In this document: positions 51,101-61,101 of the stretch, piece after piece
How positions within the stretch are numbered: the stretch's first letter is position 1
How the letters are laid out: each line of letters starts with the position of its first letter
From: a bacterium
GTDB lineage: Bacteria > UBA10199 > 2-02-FULL-50-16 > JAJFLM01
Reading direction: 5' to 3'
NCBI GenBank assembly: GCA_965216315.1
Contig: CBDCFN010000016.1
Span: forward strand, 1,952,001-2,016,000
DNA length: 64,000 bases
The notes under the pieces: generated by a model
What the model saw: only the letters and a program-made list of their open reading frames with translations
What the model was told of the DNA's origin: nothing
Databases searched by the model: none
Translations under genes and position numbers: made by a program

Positions 51101-52096
51101 TTAAGCGATAAAATAGTGCATCTCTTGGAGTAAGCCAATCTGTTCTTTGATGCTGAGTAAGAATTCTTCCCAATAGCGCCGCTCTCGATAATAAGGAAAG
51201 GCCCGTTGAAAAATAGCCTCTTCATAGCGCTGCCCAATCCAGGCCGCATGGCGAATCATGCGTAAGGTCCTGAGCGGCTCTGTCAAACGCAAAGTTTTTG
51301 GATCGAACTCACGAAATATCGAATACCCCTCAAAAAAAGCTTCTTGCTGGCGCCGCTTATCTTCCTCGCTCCCATTAAAGAGCATCCAAATATCTTGTAC
51401 CGGCGGCGCCAGCACCATATCGTCAAAGTCGACGAGATGAAGGCCGTCTTGATTCCACAGTATATTACCCGGATGACAGTCTCCATGAAGGGTAATCGTT
51501 TCTAAATATTCATGGAAGCACGGGGTCACCAATTGCAGGGCTTGATCCAAATGGGCGGAAATACTTTCTCGCAGATCATCCGGCAGGAAGTTCTGGCGCA
51601 GGATAAAGTCCAGGCTATCCGCACCATAAGTCGTTGGATTGAGATGAAGTCGATGTTGCGAATGAAAGGCGGCACCGACATTATGCAAGCGCCCTAAGGT
51701 GCGTCCGAGCCAGCGTCGATCATCATCCGAAATTTCAGCATGCTCGCGCCCCCGAAATTTAGGGTAAAAAGCGTAGTAGAAGCCATTGATCTCGCCCAAG
51801 GTCGAGACGACATCGAGCGGCTCACGCAGCATCAACGGCATGACAACCGGGATCTCAGCTGCATCCACTGCCTGCATAAAACGGTGTTCTTCAGCAATTG
51901 CGGCCGCGGACCACCGCCCGGGTCGGTAGTACTTGCCGATGATTGAGTCCCCAGATTCTAAGGTAATATCGTAGACACGATTCTCATAACTATTAAGCGG
52001 AAACAGGGCTCCTGTCGGCCGAAATCCTTGGGCTTCAGCCGCACGAAAACAAGTCTCCGGATCAAGCAACTCAAAACTATCAAGGTTTGGAGACAT
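51101..52096 (-). CDS. srkA: stress response Ser/Thr kinase SrkA/RdoA (YihE)
   Basis: LNSYENRVY, KYYRPGRW, HGDCHPGN, VDFDD, FQRAFP. Confidence 0.92.
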   Translation of the reverse strand: MSPNLDSFELLDPETCFRAAEAQGFRPTGALFPLNSYENRVYDITLESGDSIIGKYYRPGRWSAAAIAEEHRFMQAVDAAEIPVVMPLMLREPLDVVSTLGEINGFYYAFYPKFRGREHAEISDDDRRWLGRTLGRLHNVGAAFHSQHRLHLNPTTYGADSLDFILRQNFLPDDLRESISAHLDQALQLVTPCFHEYLETITLHGDCHPGNILWNQDGLHLVDFDDMVLAPPVQDIWMLFNGSEEDKRRQQEAFFEGYSIFREFDPKTLRLTEPLRTLRMIRHAAWIGQRYEEAIFQRAFPYYRERRYWEEFLLSIKEQIGLLQEMHYFIA

Positions 52097-52293
52097 GGCT
52101 AGGCACCCGAGTAACCTGTTTACCGGGAAAAGCCAATCGCTTTTCGGACGAAAACCAATAGACTTCTGGTATCAGTTCTATAAATAGGTTTCTCCATGGA
52201 AATGATTGTGAGCGAGCGTCGGATTAACTCCGCGCGAGAGAACCAAACAGGGAGTATGGGGGTGTTGGGCTCAGCACACACCCCCATTTTCGA

Positions 52294-54141
52294 ATGATTC
52301 AAGCCATCGGCATCAGCAAACATTTCGGACATCATGTCCTCTTCGACAAGATTACTTTTTCTCTGACAAAGGGTGAGAAAGTAGGCCTAGTCGGCCGTAA
52401 CGGCTCCGGTAAATCCACGCTCTTTAGAATTATCCTCGGCGAGCTCGCGCCTGATGAAGGAGAAATAAGCGTCCCAAAAGGCTATCGCATCGGAACCCTT
52501 CCCCAGCACATCCACTTTTCTAAAAATACTCTGTTGGAAGAAGGTTGCCTGGCTCTGAGTGAGGATGAGCAATGGGACCATTATAAGGTAGAACGCATCC
52601 TCTCCGGCCTTGGATTTTCCGCGGAGGATTTCAATAAAAATCCAGACACATTTTCCGGGGGATTTCAGATTCGCATTAATTTGGCCAAGGCCCTCGTCCA
52701 AAATCCTGACATGTTGCTTTTGGACGAACCGACCAACTACCTGGATATCGTCAGCCAACGTTGGCTCAAACAATACTTGGCCGCCTATCCCGGTGAAATC
52801 ATTCTCATCACCCACGATCGACAATTCATGGACGGTGCCACAACGCATATTATGGGGCTTCATCGCGAACGTTTAAAAAAGATCAAGGGCAATACACTCA
52901 AATACTATACTCAGATCCAGGAGGAGGAAGAAAACTACGAGCGCACCCGCAAGAACCAAGCGCAAACCAAAAAACATTTAGAAAAATATATCAATCGCTT
53001 TCGCTCAAGCGCCCGCCGGGCCTCTCAAGCCCAGTCACGCGTCAAACAATTAGCCAAACTCGATGATTTAAAAGCTTTGAAACAAGAACGCAATCTGGAG
53101 TTTTCATTCAACCATACGCCCTGTCCCGGAAAAACAATCATGACCGCAAAAAATCTGCGTTTTGGTTATGACAAGGGGCCATTACTGATCGATCACTTGT
53201 CATTTACAATTGGGCGAAACGATCGCATCGGCATCATCGGCAAAAATGGAAAAGGAAAGTCCACACTGCTTAATTTACTCGCAGGAGAATTGAAACCGAT
53301 CAAAGGCACCATTACGTCACACCCAAGTTTGCAAATCGGTCACTTCGGGCAAACCAACGTCAATCGCCTGAATCCAGAACTGACGGTGGCCCAGGAAGTT
53401 GCCGCCTCCAATTCGGAACTGACAATGGAACAGGCCCGCTCAATATGCGGGACGATGATGTTTGAGCAGGACTTGGCACTTAAAAAAATCCGCGTGCTTT
53501 CCGGCGGCGAGCGCAGCCGCGTCTTATTGGGTAAAATACTGGCCAACCGTTCTAACTTACTCCTACTCGATGAACCGACCAATCACTTAGACCAAGAATC
53601 GGTTGAAGGTCTTATCGACGGGCTCGAGGTCTTCGAAGGCGCGGTAGCGATCGTGACGCATAGTGAGATGATCCTCAGCCAACTCGTCAATAAGCTTGTC
53701 GTTTTTCACCGGGGCCATGTGGAATTTATCGAAGGGTCGTATGACTACTTTCTAGACAAATATGGCTGGGATGATGATGAAGAGGCGGTCGTACCGCCAA
53801 AAGCCGAAGAAATCACTATCAATAAAAAAGAGCTGCGCAAGCAGCGTTCTCAAATCATCAATCAGCGTTCTAAAATCTTAAACCCTTTAAAAAAGAAAAT
53901 GGACAAACTAGAAAATGAAATCTCTGAACTGGAAAGCGCCTTAAAGGAAACAAATGATGCGCTTATTCAGGCCTCCAAAGAGAATAATGTGGATCAGTTT
54001 GTCATTCTCTCCAAGGCAAGCAAAGAACACCAAAAAACTATTGACAAGAACTACGTAAAGCTCGAAGAACTGACGGACAAATATGAGAGAGAAAGCGCCT
54101 CTTTTGAAACCAAGCTAAGCGAAATGGAAGATATCAATTGA
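52294..54141 (+). CDS. ABC-F family ATPase with C-terminal coiled coil
   Basis: Two ABC domains (GRNGSGKS, GKNGKGKS; LDEPTN twice), no TM segments. Confidence 0.95.
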   Translation: MIQAIGISKHFGHHVLFDKITFSLTKGEKVGLVGRNGSGKSTLFRIILGELAPDEGEISVPKGYRIGTLPQHIHFSKNTLLEEGCLALSEDEQWDHYKVERILSGLGFSAEDFNKNPDTFSGGFQIRINLAKALVQNPDMLLLDEPTNYLDIVSQRWLKQYLAAYPGEIILITHDRQFMDGATTHIMGLHRERLKKIKGNTLKYYTQIQEEEENYERTRKNQAQTKKHLEKYINRFRSSARRASQAQSRVKQLAKLDDLKALKQERNLEFSFNHTPCPGKTIMTAKNLRFGYDKGPLLIDHLSFTIGRNDRIGIIGKNGKGKSTLLNLLAGELKPIKGTITSHPSLQIGHFGQTNVNRLNPELTVAQEVAASNSELTMEQARSICGTMMFEQDLALKKIRVLSGGERSRVLLGKILANRSNLLLLDEPTNHLDQESVEGLIDGLEVFEGAVAIVTHSEMILSQLVNKLVVFHRGHVEFIEGSYDYFLDKYGWDDDEEAVVPPKAEEITINKKELRKQRSQIINQRSKILNPLKKKMDKLENEISELESALKETNDALIQASKENNVDQFVILSKASKEHQKTIDKNYVKLEELTDKYERESASFETKLSEMEDIN

Positions 54142-54572
54142 TTAGCATAAGAAACCTGCTTACAAGTTGTTTATTAAGCCTTTTGCTAGTGGCGTGTGGC
54201 ACTTTAGGCTCAAACTCCGCTGACCACGGCCACAATCCCGGAAATTTAACGATCTATTTCGAGGATAACGAATATACGGTCCCGATCGAGGCACAGTTGC
54301 ATCTCATCGATATGGTCAGGTTTCTTGAACATCATCGTGATTCCTCTGTTGAAGTCTCCGGGCATACTCATCGGAAAAAGGGAAAGCGACGGAGCATAAT
54401 GACTTCCAATAAGCTTGTCCAACTCGTCAGTGATCATTTACTGCGCCTCGGCATCAACCCGACCCGACTCCGTACGTCAGCCTCCAATGACTTGCCTTCG
54501 GCTCAAGAGGCGCCCCGCGTTGAAGTGAAATTAGTCAGAGCGGCAACCCTGTTGACTCCCGTAAACAGATAG
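54138..54572 (+). CDS. lipoprotein with degenerate OmpA-like domain
   Basis: Lipobox LVAC; IYF...VEVSGHT...LGINPTRL...RVEV. Confidence 0.7.
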   Translation: MISIRNLLTSCLLSLLLVACGTLGSNSADHGHNPGNLTIYFEDNEYTVPIEAQLHLIDMVRFLEHHRDSSVEVSGHTHRKKGKRRSIMTSNKLVQLVSDHLLRLGINPTRLRTSASNDLPSAQEAPRVEVKLVRAATLLTPVNR

Positions 54573-54622
54573 TTTCACAGCTCCGAAACCCCACACTCTC
54601 GGAACGCCGATAAATACAGACT

Positions 54623-54952
54623 ATGAAACAGCTCAAACTATTTGCGCTTTTACTCACTTTCGCCTGCGCGGCGTGTACCGGCAGTACCACGCCAACTAAC
54701 AGCAGCGACACTCCCAGCGACGTTGAAATCAGCGTTCCAAGTACCCCAACAGGTCAGGAGCCTGAAACATCAGCCGATCCTTCGGATTCGAATGTCGCAA
54801 CCGAAGCAGGTGAAAACGAGAACGAAGACGCACCCAACAATCCAGATGGTGGCACGACTCAAGAAGAAAATGAAGCAGAAGAAACAGGCCTCTCAACGGC
54901 GCAAACCATGGCCGTTATCCAGCAGGTCCTATTTTCAAAACATATTAACTAG
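54623..54952 (+). CDS. acidic low-complexity lipoprotein
   Basis: Lipobox AAC; S/T/P/E-rich linker; short C-terminal helix. Confidence 0.7.
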   Translation: MKQLKLFALLLTFACAACTGSTTPTNSSDTPSDVEISVPSTPTGQEPETSADPSDSNVATEAGENENEDAPNNPDGGTTQEENEAEETGLSTAQTMAVIQQVLFSKHIN

Positions 54953-54987
54953 CAATAAAATCACTTTATACCACTGGAGGTAATCCA

Positions 54988-55485
54988 ATGACAGGATTCA
55001 AAAAAATCATAGTGAGCATGGGCGCTCTGGCTCTCATGCTTTCAACCGTAACAAGCTGGGCGGCTCAACCGGGCAACGGAAACCTTCCCTCAAGCAATAA
55101 CCCGGCTAATGAGGCAGCGAATGCCGCTAACATTGACTTGACAGTTCCAACAGGTTGCAAGGTCAAATCAATTGAAACTCCTGGTTTTGGTTCATTTATA
55201 TGCGATAAAGGACCCGACGAAAATGGTATGAACCTCAATCCAGAACTTGAACTCGATAAAGATTCCAAGGCCAAAAACATTCTGGTCAAGGTCAGTTGCG
55301 GTTCGGCGGAAAAATCCGTTTTAGTCGAATCAAAAGAATATTCTGATAACTGGAAGTTGATCTATAGCCAATTATTGGCCGCGCAACTCTCAGGGAATAA
55401 AATCAAGTTTGGCCTTGGCAACTTAGCAACTTGCGGCAATACAGATCTCGCAATTGCCAAGTCCGTCATTCTCCTGAATCAATAG
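54988..55485 (+). CDS. secreted hypothetical protein with four Cys
   Basis: GGAGG RBS; Sec signal (SWA-AQ). Confidence 0.78.
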   Translation: MTGFKKIIVSMGALALMLSTVTSWAAQPGNGNLPSSNNPANEAANAANIDLTVPTGCKVKSIETPGFGSFICDKGPDENGMNLNPELELDKDSKAKNILVKVSCGSAEKSVLVESKEYSDNWKLIYSQLLAAQLSGNKIKFGLGNLATCGNTDLAIAKSVILLNQ

Positions 55486-55502
55486 CAATAGTCCTAGCAT
55501 GC

Positions 55503-55535
55503 AAAAAAGGGCCTCACAGATGTGAGGCCCTTTTT
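55503..55535. terminator. intrinsic terminator, potentially bidirectional
   Basis: A6-GGGCCTCACA-GA-TGTGAGGCCC-T5. Confidence 0.88.
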
Positions 55536-55552
55536 ATTAAAGAAGCCATAAT

Positions 55553-56677
55553 ATGACAACAACAACAAGACCATCGACTCCCCTTCAGATTTTGAACGCC
55601 TATCACCGAATCGCGCGTTTTGAGGGTCTGACAGTCAAGGAACTAGCGAGTCGTCTACCGCAGACGATACCCCAGCGGCTACGGCAATTCGTACTCACGA
55701 AAGTCGCTCAAATCGTCTCTTCTGATACAGCCGCGGGAACAAACTCAAAACGGATCGACCCCTGGGGCGAGGCCATGCAAGTGGCCGCATTGGTACAGAG
55801 CCACCTTAATAGATATCTCAATAAACCGATCCAGAAATATGATAATCCCGTTTACGTTCAAGAATTACGATTCGGCCGGCTGGAAGCAAAGCGGAATAAG
55901 ATTTTAGCTAATTTTTCTATGCCCAGCACCAAGCATCCTGTTCTCAACGTCCTCCGCAGGCTACCCATCCGCTACATTGATTCCTTACGAGGCATTCGTG
56001 TCTTTTATAACGCGGCTACAACGATTGAAAAAAAGCACCCTGATTTGATTAAAGACCGCAAACTAACGGTTCTCTACCCCGCCAGCGGAAGCCATCTGGC
56101 TCCGCTGATGACAGCAATCCGTTTAATAGATCGTAACAAGATCGATTCAGGTGAATTCACCTATACTGATATCGATAAACAGCATATTAGTAAGATTGAG
56201 AGGCAACTGATGTTCCTCTTGAAGAATCGCGTGATCACTAACTATACGGTCCATTCAGCCAAAATATTTGGCAATAATGGCACTGAGCATCGCTATGAGT
56301 TTCAATATAAAGGAAAGAAAGTCTCAATTGTCCTGGCCCTCAACCGTAGTGGTAAGAGTTATTGGAGGCCTGAATATGCTCGTGGAGCAGATCTCGTGAT
56401 ACTCCATGACACTGAAGGAAAAAATGCAGAGCTCATCAAGCAACTTAGCAAAGAAAAAAGCAGCCATCGAGCCGCATCGCCGCAAGTCATTCTTACCGAG
56501 GGACGCGAAAGCGCTTCTAAACAGGTGAAAAAACCATCTCAATCTCATTACATCGAAATTCAGGGACAGTATGGCCACTGTGACGGATTTTTCACGACAG
56601 CAGCTCCGCGCGGCGGCGTTGAATTTAGTCGTTGTGCCTACACGAGCGGTCTGCTCTTTGAGAACAAACGTAAATAA
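55553..56677 (+). CDS. hypothetical protein, possible SAM-methyltransferase-like fold
   Basis: 374-aa ORF; VLYPASGSH and YTDID resemble motifs I and II. Confidence 0.6.
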   Translation: MTTTTRPSTPLQILNAYHRIARFEGLTVKELASRLPQTIPQRLRQFVLTKVAQIVSSDTAAGTNSKRIDPWGEAMQVAALVQSHLNRYLNKPIQKYDNPVYVQELRFGRLEAKRNKILANFSMPSTKHPVLNVLRRLPIRYIDSLRGIRVFYNAATTIEKKHPDLIKDRKLTVLYPASGSHLAPLMTAIRLIDRNKIDSGEFTYTDIDKQHISKIERQLMFLLKNRVITNYTVHSAKIFGNNGTEHRYEFQYKGKKVSIVLALNRSGKSYWRPEYARGADLVILHDTEGKNAELIKQLSKEKSSHRAASPQVILTEGRESASKQVKKPSQSHYIEIQGQYGHCDGFFTTAAPRGGVEFSRCAYTSGLLFENKRK

Positions 56678-57998
56678 TATCAGCTGTCCAATGACTCCAA
56701 GAGCAGCTTACGAATAGGCTGTACCTGACTCGTTCGACATCAGACTCTTTTGAAAATCGAAATTTCTTTAACCGCTCAACCGTATTCTTGTCGCCTCCTA
56801 GCCGCTGCAAAAAAGCATCCCATTCTTTTTTCTGGGCGGCTGTCAGCCTTTCGTACCACATGATGTATTGCAATAATTCCCAATCTTTCAACGCGATTTT
56901 CCCAAAACGCGCTTGTTGAAACTCACCGGCAGCCTCAATCCACGTCGCGTAAGCCAGTCTGGGCAACTTGTTTGTCGACAGAGTCATATTCCATGTCAGG
57001 CGTTGCTGTTTCGCATCCCACGCCCCGTTGCTTTCCAAAGGTTGTCGAGACGCTAAGAAAACAACCCTGAGTTCATCCCCTAAAATGAAGGATAAACCCA
57101 GCGCTAAGTCATCACCTATCTCTTCAAGCACATCTTCCGGTTCTGGGGCCTGCTCTTGACGCGTTTTTTTCCACTGCGCCTCTCTTTGTTTCCATTCGTC
57201 GGTCGTACGAATATAGGCTAGAATTGATTTTTCCAACTCCTTTGCGAAGAGCAGGTTGATCAATTCGGTAATCAGCGGGGACTCCTTGTTCAGCTGCAGC
57301 TTGCGCGCAAGAACAACGCGAAGGACTCCCTGGAGTGCTTCTTTGCCTGTTTCGAGCGGCTTATCTTCCATCAAACGACTCAATTGCGGCCACTGCTGCG
57401 GCGGAAAATATTTGTGTTCCGCGAGATAGAGGACGGCGCGCGCTATACTTTCTTTGTCGGCCGACCAAAGATAGAGAATCAAGTTTTTCGCGTCTTCGCG
57501 CAATTCCTGCTTAATAAATTGATCGAGTTGCGACCACCCAGGTTTATCCCCTAGCTTGGAGCGCAACCAGCCCTTGATCAGGTCGACCAGCTCATCGACG
57601 GCTTTTTGTTGTTTCGCAATGGACCCGGCCATGTCGTCATTTCCGCGGAAACGTTCCATATAATAAGAAACCGATCCCAAGGAGGTATCATAGTGCCTCC
57701 AATAGCCCACCCCGCCTATATCATTCGGTGTGTCTTCCTTAAACTGGGCCTTGAGTTTAAATTTTTTTGGCTCCGCATTGGGGAGCTTTTGATGATACGC
57801 CGTCGCAATTCGTTCTAGCTCGGCCTTGTGCGGTGTTTTTAAGCTATATTGGCGCGTGAGGTGACTCTCCCGCCAAAACACAAGTTGGCGGTCCAGAACT
57901 TCTCCCTGCGCTTTCATTTCAACTTCGTAGACGTTTCGCGAACAGGCGGCGCTCAGCGCCAGCAAAAACAGTAAAGTGATCCATCGAAGTTTGGGCAT
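56625..57998 (-). CDS. hypothetical lipoprotein
   Basis: Lipobox SAAC; helical body; 53-nt convergent overlap with the previous gene. Confidence 0.72.
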   Translation of the reverse strand: MPKLRWITLLFLLALSAACSRNVYEVEMKAQGEVLDRQLVFWRESHLTRQYSLKTPHKAELERIATAYHQKLPNAEPKKFKLKAQFKEDTPNDIGGVGYWRHYDTSLGSVSYYMERFRGNDDMAGSIAKQQKAVDELVDLIKGWLRSKLGDKPGWSQLDQFIKQELREDAKNLILYLWSADKESIARAVLYLAEHKYFPPQQWPQLSRLMEDKPLETGKEALQGVLRVVLARKLQLNKESPLITELINLLFAKELEKSILAYIRTTDEWKQREAQWKKTRQEQAPEPEDVLEEIGDDLALGLSFILGDELRVVFLASRQPLESNGAWDAKQQRLTWNMTLSTNKLPRLAYATWIEAAGEFQQARFGKIALKDWELLQYIMWYERLTAAQKKEWDAFLQRLGGDKNTVERLKKFRFSKESDVERVRYSLFVSCSWSHWTADIIYVCSQRADRSCRHND

Positions 57999-58069
57999 GG
58001 TAAGTTTCCTTGCTTGAGCTGCTTATTATGCTAGATTAGCCGCCTATTGACAGCAAAAAGAGGACGCTT

Positions 58070-60247
58070 ATGAAGCAAAAGTCGAGCGTAGGGGGATTTG
58101 ACTCAATCTTTTATTCGTTAGGAGAAGCCAACCGAGTTGGCTGGTGGCGAATGTGGCGCGCCCTCTCCTCTCGCAATACCTGCAAAACATGCGCTCTCGG
58201 AATGGGCGGCCAAAAAGGCGGAATGCGCAACGAACTCGGGCACTGGCCTGAAGTCTGCAAAAAATCGTTTCAGGCGATGGCGAGCGACATGCAAAAAGCC
58301 ATCCCTGAAGCATTCTTTGAGCAGCATTCCATCGAAAAATTGCGATCCCTTTCCGAGCGCGAACTTGAAGCAGCTGGGCGCCTGGCATTTCCTCTCTATT
58401 CAGGACCCAATGACACCCACTATCGGCGCATCCCGTGGAACAAGACCTTTAGCATCCTTAGTACCCAACTGAAAGCAACGCCTCCTGAACAAAGTTTTTT
58501 CTATCTAAGCGGGCGTTCTTCCAATGAGGCCGGCTTCCTCTTACAACTAATGGCACGCTTGTATGGAACCAATCACATCAACAACTGTTCTTATTATTGT
58601 CACCAAGCCAGCGGCGTCGGCTTAACTGAAGCCATCGGCAGCGGCACGGCAACCATCACCTTGGATGACGTAGAACACTGCGATCTTTTCTGGTTGTTCG
58701 GAGGCAACCCGAGCTCCAATCATCCCCGCTTAATGAGTTCCCTGATGCGCCTCAAGCACCGTGGAGGCAAGATCATTGTCGTCAACCCGGCTAAAGAAAC
58801 CGGCCTCTTAAGCTTTCGCATCCCTTCCAACCTCAAATCATTAGGATTTGGCACTAAAATGGCGGACCACTACGTTCAACTCAATATAGGCAGCGATGTA
58901 GCGTTGATCATGGGAATCGCCAAGGCCTTGCTCGCAAAGCATGAGATCGATACTGATTTCATTGCCGATGCAACGGACCACTGGGAAGAGTATCTCCAGC
59001 TAATTGATAGTACGTCTTGGGATGAGATTACTGCACAATCCGGTATCAATCGCCGTGAAATCGAATTGCTCGCTCAGACTTACGCGCAATCCGAAAAATC
59101 AATATTCGCTTGGACAATGGGAATCACCCATCATCTGCATGGCGTTGAGAATGTCCAGAGCATCGTTAACTTGGCATTGTTACGCGGCATGGTCGGAAAA
59201 CCCCATGCCGGCCTGCTCCCCCTCCGTGGTCATAGTAATGTCCAGGGGATGGGAACCGTTAACGTCATCCCAACGCTCAAATCCGCCGTCACCCAACGCC
59301 TTAAAGATCAGGGGATTTCAATCCCGACCATGCCCGGCTACGACACGATGCGATGCATGGAAGCCGCAGAACGGGGCGAAATGCGCTTCGCCTGGTGTTT
59401 AGGAGGTAACCTCTACGGCTCTAATCCCGATAGCCGTTTTGCCGAACGGTCGCTCAACAATATCGACACGATTGCCTATCTCAATACGACCCTCAATAGC
59501 GGGCACGCCTATGGGACCGGCAAAGAAACACTCATTCTACCCGTCGTCGCACGCGATGAAGAAAAGCAAAAGACGACCCAGGAATCGATGTTTAGCTACA
59601 TCCGGCTGAGCGATGGGGGCAAAAAACGCCTCAAAGAAACCAAGAGTGAAGTAGAAATCATTGCCTCAGTCGCGAGCGCCATCTTAGGCAAGAACTCTCC
59701 CGTGCCGTGGGAAGAGATGAAAACTCACAGTAAAATTCGCGCTTTGCTTGCCAAAAGTATTCCAGGCCTCGAAGCACTAAAAAAAATTGATACGACTAAA
59801 AAAGAATTCACTATTCCGGGACGAATTTTTCACCAACCCCAATTCAATACGGATACCGGCCGAGCTAAATTCTCACTCCACGCGATCCCAAAGCAAGGTA
59901 CAAAAAGCCCAAGTGAACTGACTCTAATGTCCGTCCGCTCGGAAGGTCAGTTTAACACGGTTGTTTATGATGAAGAAGATAGTTGGCGCGATATCAAACG
60001 TCGCGATGTCATCCTCATGAACCAAGAGGATATTGAGCGATTAGGGCTCAAGCCGGATCAGCAGGTAACAATTCAATCTGAAACCGGTAAGCTCGAAAAT
60101 ATTTTAGTCACGCCCTATGACATCAAAGCAGGCAATGCCCTCATGTATTATCCTGAGGTCAATATCTTGATCTCGCGTGCTGTCGACCCACGTTCCCGAA
60201 CGCCTGCCTTTAAAGCGACGCATATTACAATACACGCGGCGCAATAA
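58070..60247 (+). CDS. FdhF/YdeP family molybdopterin oxidoreductase
   Basis: CKTCA, SGRSSNE, NCSYYCH, RGHSNVQG, RSEGQFNT, SRTPAFK. Confidence 0.92.
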   Translation: MKQKSSVGGFDSIFYSLGEANRVGWWRMWRALSSRNTCKTCALGMGGQKGGMRNELGHWPEVCKKSFQAMASDMQKAIPEAFFEQHSIEKLRSLSERELEAAGRLAFPLYSGPNDTHYRRIPWNKTFSILSTQLKATPPEQSFFYLSGRSSNEAGFLLQLMARLYGTNHINNCSYYCHQASGVGLTEAIGSGTATITLDDVEHCDLFWLFGGNPSSNHPRLMSSLMRLKHRGGKIIVVNPAKETGLLSFRIPSNLKSLGFGTKMADHYVQLNIGSDVALIMGIAKALLAKHEIDTDFIADATDHWEEYLQLIDSTSWDEITAQSGINRREIELLAQTYAQSEKSIFAWTMGITHHLHGVENVQSIVNLALLRGMVGKPHAGLLPLRGHSNVQGMGTVNVIPTLKSAVTQRLKDQGISIPTMPGYDTMRCMEAAERGEMRFAWCLGGNLYGSNPDSRFAERSLNNIDTIAYLNTTLNSGHAYGTGKETLILPVVARDEEKQKTTQESMFSYIRLSDGGKKRLKETKSEVEIIASVASAILGKNSPVPWEEMKTHSKIRALLAKSIPGLEALKKIDTTKKEFTIPGRIFHQPQFNTDTGRAKFSLHAIPKQGTKSPSELTLMSVRSEGQFNTVVYDEEDSWRDIKRRDVILMNQEDIERLGLKPDQQVTIQSETGKLENILVTPYDIKAGNALMYYPEVNILISRAVDPRSRTPAFKATHITIHAAQ

Positions 60248-60254
60248 ATTCTTG

Positions 60255-60902
60255 TTATTCGGAGAACCCCACCGATACGAGCTTGGGTTGAGTCCCATCA
60301 TCGAGAGTAAAATCATCCCAGAATTGATGGGCAGCCCCATAGAGAAGGACGACATCAGCACCCGGGTTATCGCTTAAATATTGTTGGATCTGATGCGCCG
60401 CGAATTTTTCACGAACGTCCATAATCAGTTTGTCTCGCATCACATCATCGTCTGTAGTGGCAATCCGGCGATGGACTTCGTCTTCAGTCGCACAATTGGA
60501 GATTGTTCGGTGAATTTGGACGTCAGGATCCAATTTAAAATATACGAGTGACGATCCATAGAGCGCTAACTGAACCAGTTGATCCGGCTGCGGATCGGCA
60601 AGAAATTCCTCAATATCGCCTGGATGTTCCAATCCCGGCACGACAAAATCATCCCTGCTCAATTCTCCGCAAACGCCTTCAGAGAAAATATGGCGGGGTT
60701 GGGTTTCAACAAAGTATTTTAGGATTTTGAACTGGAATCGACCTATTTCGAGAAGCTCCGCTTCGGTCATCCCTTCAACGAAATGAATCTGACGCACAAA
60801 GGTGACCTGACCGGCATCAGGATTTCCATCCAGCTCGACATGAAATTCACGCCGTTCTGCGGACTCAACCGCTACGACACCTTCTTCGGAACGCACCTCC
60901 AC
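60255..60902 (-). CDS. hypothetical protein, possible TraB/Tiki/EreA-like fold
   Basis: RQIH, FSEG, RE, YGAAH in the expected order. Confidence 0.6.
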   Translation of the reverse strand: MEVRSEEGVVAVESAERREFHVELDGNPDAGQVTFVRQIHFVEGMTEAELLEIGRFQFKILKYFVETQPRHIFSEGVCGELSRDDFVVPGLEHPGDIEEFLADPQPDQLVQLALYGSSLVYFKLDPDVQIHRTISNCATEDEVHRRIATTDDDVMRDKLIMDVREKFAAHQIQQYLSDNPGADVVLLYGAAHQFWDDFTLDDGTQPKLVSVGFSE

Positions 60903-61101
60903 ATAGGCTTATCTTGCAAGCTTAATGCCAAGGTTAAAGGTGAACTGTTACCAATAACTCCCTATTTTTATTTAAGATTTTTTCGCGCGTCCCTATCGCA
61001 CCATTCGAGACTGAGGACTCCCCCCCTCAGTCTCGGCAAGTCAGTCTCCAAACCTGGCCTGATATGAATCATACCCCCGCTGCGCTATACTGGTCCGCAA
61101 G

